This document shows, one piece after another, positions 16,529 to 20,000 of a stretch of DNA of 20,000 nucleotides. The notes beneath the pieces are model-generated. The model was not told where the DNA came from, ran no database searches, and worked only from the letters and a program-made list of their open reading frames with translations. Position 1 is the stretch's first letter; each line of letters opens with the position of its first letter. This DNA is from an uncultured virus (IMG/VR IMGVR_UViG_3300021399_000139) (Duplodnaviria > Heunggongvirae > Uroviricota > Caudoviricetes): IMG/VR virus record IMGVR_UViG_3300021399_000139. One strand, given 5' to 3'. Made by a program: the position numbers and the translations under genes.

Positions 16529-16789
16529 GCTTCTCCTTTATTTGATTGACAATGCAATTATATCAAAAGTCTAGAGATTTGTTAACTGTTGTTTGCATGA
16601 TATTGAAGTTAACAAACAAAAAAGGTTTTGATATAGATGACAATTCACCATGCACAATATACGCTATATATCAAATGCGGGCATTTTGTTAACTTATATA
16701 GAAAACATGGACTTATAATTCAAAGTTAACAAAACAACAGCCATTTGATATAATTTCAACGTCAACCAAATAAGAAAGGAGAAATAAAG

Positions 16790-17104
16790 ATGATTACTGC
16801 TAAAGAAGCCCGCAAGCTCACCGACGAAATCCTCGAGCCGGTCAGTGGTTCAGTTGAGTTCAAAGCCATTATGGCTGCAATTGAGCGTGATATTCGAAAG
16901 GCCATTGCAGATGGTCGTCAGAGTATAGAGATTATTTCGTATACGCTTCAGGTTCTGAACAACTACAAGTTCCCAAAGTGCATAAACCGCAGCACGATTG
17001 ACGGAGACCATTTCTGGTGGCCCTACGTCAAGGCTGAGCTTGAGGCCAACGGATTCAAGATTTCGAAGACGATGACTTGCGACCACTATATCGTCTCATG
17101 GTAA
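16790..17104 (+). CDS. hypothetical phage protein
   Basis: Promoter 16725-16755, RBS AAGGAG; MITAKEAR...VSW. Confidence 0.85.
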   Translation: MITAKEARKLTDEILEPVSGSVEFKAIMAAIERDIRKAIADGRQSIEIISYTLQVLNNYKFPKCINRSTIDGDHFWWPYVKAELEANGFKISKTMTCDHYIVSW

Positions 17105-17120
17105 GCTGAAAGGAGAATAC

Positions 17121-17345
17121 ATGGACGCACATACATACATTCACATCAATTTCATAGGTGTGAAATGGCCTAGATTCTCACTTCCTAGCAATTTCTCTAA
17201 AGACATACGCGGAGAGTTCTTGCTTAGTCGAGATGGCAACCTCTTCTCTAAAGAAGACCTCAAAGACATTCTTACAGCATGGCTCTATGATGAGTTCAAC
17301 GTCTGCCCTCTTGACTTTGACTTTGAGCTTGCAGCTGAAAGTTAA
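17121..17345 (+). CDS. hypothetical protein
   Basis: RBS AAGGAG; stop inside the next GTTAAC. Confidence 0.75.
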   Translation: MDAHTYIHINFIGVKWPRFSLPSNFSKDIRGEFLLSRDGNLFSKEDLKDILTAWLYDEFNVCPLDFDFELAAES

Positions 17346-17401
17346 CAAAGTCTCTAGAGTTTGATATAATTCCATTGTCAACCAAACAACAAGGAGAAAA
17401 C

Positions 17402-17668
17402 ATGAAGCTGAAGAAAGCGCACCTTGTATACTTCGTCCAGAAAGACACGTCTCGGCGTATGGACTACCGCTTCAACTACCAGCGCACTCCTGAGTCTGCA
17501 CTCAAGTACCACATTGGCCAGTGGATCCGTGGTAACAATAACAAGCTTAAGAAACGCATCTTCTTGAAGGGATATGACACTCGTGAAGAGGCTGAGGCAC
17601 TTGCTTCGAGATACAATGAAGAGCTCATGAAGAGCTGTCCTTGGAATAAGTATGAAGTCGTCAAGTGA
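17402..17668 (+). CDS. hypothetical basic protein (start corrected to MKLKKAH)
   Basis: RBS AAGGAG before ATG 17402. Confidence 0.8.
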   Translation: MKLKKAHLVYFVQKDTSRRMDYRFNYQRTPESALKYHIGQWIRGNNNKLKKRIFLKGYDTREEAEALASRYNEELMKSCPWNKYEVVK

Positions 17669-17705
17669 AAGAAGAAAGACAATTATCTTGAAGATTTTCT
17701 CATTA

Positions 17706-17746
17706 AGCCCAAGAGGACTACTCCTTTCTTCCTCTTGGGCTTTTTC
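17706..17746 (+). terminator. terminator hairpin, copy 2 of the 34-bp element
   Basis: AGCCCAAGAGGA-ctactcctttct-TCCTCTTGGGCT then T-tract. Confidence 0.8.
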
Positions 17747-17818
17747 TGTGTCTATATATCAAAAGTCTAGAAGTCTGTTAACTTCAAGCGCAGCATATTT
17801 CGATGTAAATAGAGAGAA

Positions 17819-18013
17819 ATGGAAATATTCAATATAGCTCTTTCAATAATCTGGATAGGAGGAATATGCACATTTGTTGTTCTTTCTGCCATTGACATAT
17901 TTGTGTTCTCTATCAACGCAGAAGACCCTGTTGAGCCATCTAAGAGAATGTTGTTTGCAGCTTTAGCGCTTTTGTTTGGAATAACGGCAAAAATAGCAAA
18001 AGTCATCTCATAG
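17819..18013 (+). CDS. small membrane protein with two TM helices (ends at TAG, or at TGA 18025 if read through)
   Basis: Two hydrophobic segments; preceded by GTAAATA rather than the early promoter. Confidence 0.65.
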   Translation: MEIFNIALSIIWIGGICTFVVLSAIDIFVFSINAEDPVEPSKRMLFAALALLFGITAKIAKVIS

Positions 18014-18087
18014 ATTATTGTGTGAAAGTTAACAGACTGTAGGCATTTTGATATAATTCTATTGTCAACCACAGTAGAGGAGACGCT

Positions 18088-18306
18088 ATGCCAACAAAAA
18101 TCTCTATTCCAACTACGCTTTCTTGCAGCATCCTCAATGGCACGCCTAACCGCACTATCGTCAGAGGAGCCAGAATGACTGGTTGGGAAACACTGGCTGC
18201 CATAGCTGAAGCAAATGGCAGAAGTGTGAATGACATAGCTATTCCAACTAGTGTGTGCATCTGTGAAGACCATATAGTTGTGAACACGCATGCTGTATTA
18301 GTCTAA
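18088..18306 (+). CDS. hypothetical protein
   Basis: Promoter 18028-18058, RBS GAGGAG. Confidence 0.75.
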   Translation: MPTKISIPTTLSCSILNGTPNRTIVRGARMTGWETLAAIAEANGRSVNDIAIPTSVCICEDHIVVNTHAVLV

Positions 18307-18386
18307 CTAATGGGTTAACAGACTCTAGACATTTTGATATAATTAGTCATGCAAGTCAACCACTAAGCAAAAGGAGAAAAGAAGAC

Positions 18387-18623
18387 ATGTACATCCGGCA
18401 CATCAAGCAGACTGACTATCCCAACAACACGACTAAGCTTGCTATCCCTTGCCCTTTCTGTGGCAAGACGACTGAAGTCACGGTTGACACTCAGGTATTT
18501 CTCTCTGGTCTTTCTCGCTACAAGGATGGAGAACTTGCCCAGAATGCATGGCCTTCATTTTCTCCAGATGTTCGTGAACTTTTCATCTCTGGCATGTGCA
18601 GCGAGTGCTGGGACAACATGTAA
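18387..18623 (+). CDS. zinc-ribbon protein
   Basis: CPFCG and CSEC motifs; promoter and RBS AAGGAG. Confidence 0.8.
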   Translation: MYIRHIKQTDYPNNTTKLAIPCPFCGKTTEVTVDTQVFLSGLSRYKDGELAQNAWPSFSPDVRELFISGMCSECWDNM

Positions 18624-18748
18624 GAGAGGAGTGCACAAAGCGCCTTTACACGGGAAGTTTGCCCAAAGAATTCGACTGCAGAGAAGTTAACAAATCTCTA
18701 GACTTTTGATATAATTCTCTTGTCAGCCAAACCTAAAGGAGGTGCAGT

Positions 18749-18922
18749 ATGGACAAGAAGCTCTTCAAATTCACGTTTGCCCTTGTCAACAAAAACACGA
18801 ATGACAAGACTATGGAGTTGTCATTTGCTGAAGACAGCTATGTGAAAGCTGTTGAACGGCTTCCTAGTCTCGTCCATCCCAGCTTTGAGGCACAGCTTAG
18901 CTCAGTCACTCCTAATGAATGA
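18749..18922 (+). CDS. hypothetical protein, 57 aa (not in ORF track)
   Basis: Promoter 18686-18716, RBS AAGGAGG; MDKKLFKFTFALVNK... Confidence 0.75.
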   Translation: MDKKLFKFTFALVNKNTNDKTMELSFAEDSYVKAVERLPSLVHPSFEAQLSSVTPNE

Positions 18923-18937
18923 CGTACAATATCTTAT

Positions 18938-19399
18938 ATGGTTAAAGTCATTGACAATTCAAATCTGCTAGATGTCCAAACGGGAATCATCTGCCATCAA
19001 GTGAACTGTGTTGGTGTAATGGGAGCCGGCCTTGCTCTGCAGATACGGAATAGATGGCCAACAGTCTATGATGCATATAGAGAAGACTGCAAGATATTTG
19101 AGAAAGACCCTAAGAAGCTTCTTGGCCACATTCAAGACATTCTAGTCAATGACAACTTAGTTGTTGCAAACTGCTATGGGCAAGTATTTCCTGGAAAAGG
19201 GTGCATGACTGACTATAGAGCGTGGGACTTGATCTTAGACAAATTGTCAGACCTAAGCAGCTATTTCAATCTTGACTTGCATTTTCCTTGGATGATTGGT
19301 TGTGGTCTTGCGGGTGGAGATTGGAAGACAATGTACAGTAAGATATCAAGCAAGTTTGCAAAGTCTGCAACATTGGCAGTTGTCCACAAGCTGAGTTAA
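18938..19399 (+). CDS. macrodomain ADP-ribose hydrolase (Poa1p/TARG1/DarG-like)
   Basis: ICHQVNCVGVMGAGLA and PWMIGCGLAGGDW signature motifs. Confidence 0.9.
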   Translation: MVKVIDNSNLLDVQTGIICHQVNCVGVMGAGLALQIRNRWPTVYDAYREDCKIFEKDPKKLLGHIQDILVNDNLVVANCYGQVFPGKGCMTDYRAWDLILDKLSDLSSYFNLDLHFPWMIGCGLAGGDWKTMYSKISSKFAKSATLAVVHKLS

Positions 19400-19457
19400 C
19401 AGATCTCTAGACTTTTGATATAATTTCGACGTCAACCAAAACAAAAGGAGAACACAA

Positions 19458-19565
19458 ATGGCAATTGAGCAGATTGAGTACTGTGGTGGATGCAAGCACT
19501 ATGAGCACTGCATCTGTCTTGCAAAAGAAGGACGGCTCACGTCTTGTCTCGCAAATAAGGAGTGA
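19458..19565 (+). CDS. Cys-rich micropeptide, 35 aa
   Basis: Promoter 19395-19425, RBS AAGGAG; MAIEQIEYCGGCKHYEHCICLAKEGRLTSCLANKE. Confidence 0.7.
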   Translation: MAIEQIEYCGGCKHYEHCICLAKEGRLTSCLANKE

Positions 19566-19570
19566 CACAA

Positions 19571-19690
19571 ATGCATGTCTTGAAGTTTGTCTTGGCACTT
19601 GTTGGATTGTTTGTATTGCTTGAGCTGTCAACCACGTTGGCATTCTTTCTCATCATAGTACTGCTTTGGTTGGCAACAGGAAAGTCTTGA
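19571..19690 (+). CDS. hydrophobic membrane micropeptide, 39 aa
   Basis: RBS AAGGAG; MHVLKFVLALVGLFVLLELSTTLAFFLIIVLLWLATGKS. Confidence 0.65.
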   Translation: MHVLKFVLALVGLFVLLELSTTLAFFLIIVLLWLATGKS

Positions 19691-19692
19691 CT

Positions 19693-19818
19693 TCTCTCAG
19701 GTGAGAGACTATAGAGCTAGAAGTAGAGTTTTGCCGTGCTCTATGCTTGAAGACTAGTTGAAAGCGTGGGTAGAACAGGTGGCCTAGCACCTGCCATGCA
19801 AGTAGACTAGTCTTCAAG
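19693..19818 (+). ncRNA. candidate structured RNA (three stem-loops)
   Basis: Nested inverted repeats with G-U pairs and a GAA/AGUA internal loop; no terminator U-tract. Confidence 0.45.
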
Positions 19819-19899
19819 GGCGTACTGTAAAGTTAACAGACTTCTGGACTTTTGATATAATTAGTCTCGTAGACAGAAAACAATTGAAAGGAGAAACAA

Positions 19900-20000
19900 A
19901 TGAACAAGACATACCACTACGAGATTCCTGCGAGCCAGTATGATGGCATGGTCAGCTGCGAGTTCAACACCATCGAGGAATGCGTCGAATCCTGCACATC
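19900..20000 (+). CDS. hypothetical protein (TIEECV family), truncated by window end
   Basis: Promoter 19832-19862, RBS AAGGAG; MNKTYHYEIPASQYDGMVSCEFNTIEECVESCT. Confidence 0.8.
   Translation, partial: MNKTYHYEIPASQYDGMVSCEFNTIEECVESCT

Larger units (their letters stand above)
175..16586 (-). promoter_or_regulatory. 24 dispersed copies of the conserved early promoter (-35 TTAACA, 17-bp spacer, extended -10 TGnTATAAT), most followed by leader GTCAACCAAAC and RBS AAGGAG
   Basis: On + they read AATTATATCAAA...GTTAAC at approx. 175-205, 2917-2947, 4030-4060, 4835-4865, 5874-5904, 6340-6370, 6994-7024, 7860-7890, 8144-8174, 8430-8460, 8872-8902, 9626-9656, 10205-10235, 10811-10841, 11240-11270, 12190-12219, 12863-12893, 13675-13705, 14074-14104, 14422-14452, 15045-15075, 15595-15625, 16308-16338, 16556-16586; each lies just upstream of a minus-strand gene. 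Confidence 0.9.
15657..19862 (+). promoter_or_regulatory. 8 plus-strand copies of the same conserved promoter
   Basis: GTTAACA...TTTGATATAAT at 15657-15686, 16725-16755, 17341-17371, 18028-18058, 18314-18344, 18686-18716, 19395-19425, 19832-19862. Confidence 0.9.

Noticed and set aside
175..19862. Repeats as a CRISPR array
   Set aside because: Spacing is hundreds of bp and irregular, the intervening DNA is genes, the repeats are degenerate promoters, and no cas genes are visible.
175..19862. Repeats as integron attC sites
   Set aside because: No RYYYAAC...GTTRRRY imperfect palindrome architecture and no integrase in the window.

Overview
About 20 kb of a large (probably jumbo or lytic) bacteriophage genome, most likely its early/host-takeover accessory region. 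It holds about 55 short genes, mostly hypothetical. Genes run on the minus strand from about 16.5 kb leftward and on the plus strand from about 16.8 kb rightward. Most genes or gene pairs sit behind their own copy of a near-identical ~31-bp sigma70-type promoter (GTTAACA-spacer-TTTGATATAATT), usually followed by a shared leader and RBS (GTCAACCAAAC..AAAGGAGA); I count 32 intact and 5 defective copies. Recognisable products are a lipoprotein, four winged-helix proteins, a putative ADP-ribosyltransferase, a macrodomain, a calcineurin-like phosphoesterase, a Zn-dependent deaminase, a P-loop kinase, Zn-finger proteins and a histone-H1-like peptide. The most notable signals are: (1) a 196-codon gene with four in-frame TAGs, suggesting amber recoding in a different expression class; (2) 3'-UTR elements antisense to the shared leader/RBS; (3) back-to-back promoter pairs at fixed 27/37-bp offsets around the divergence point; (4) a structured non-coding segment at 19.7-19.8 kb. 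All product calls come from motif reading by eye; no searches were run.
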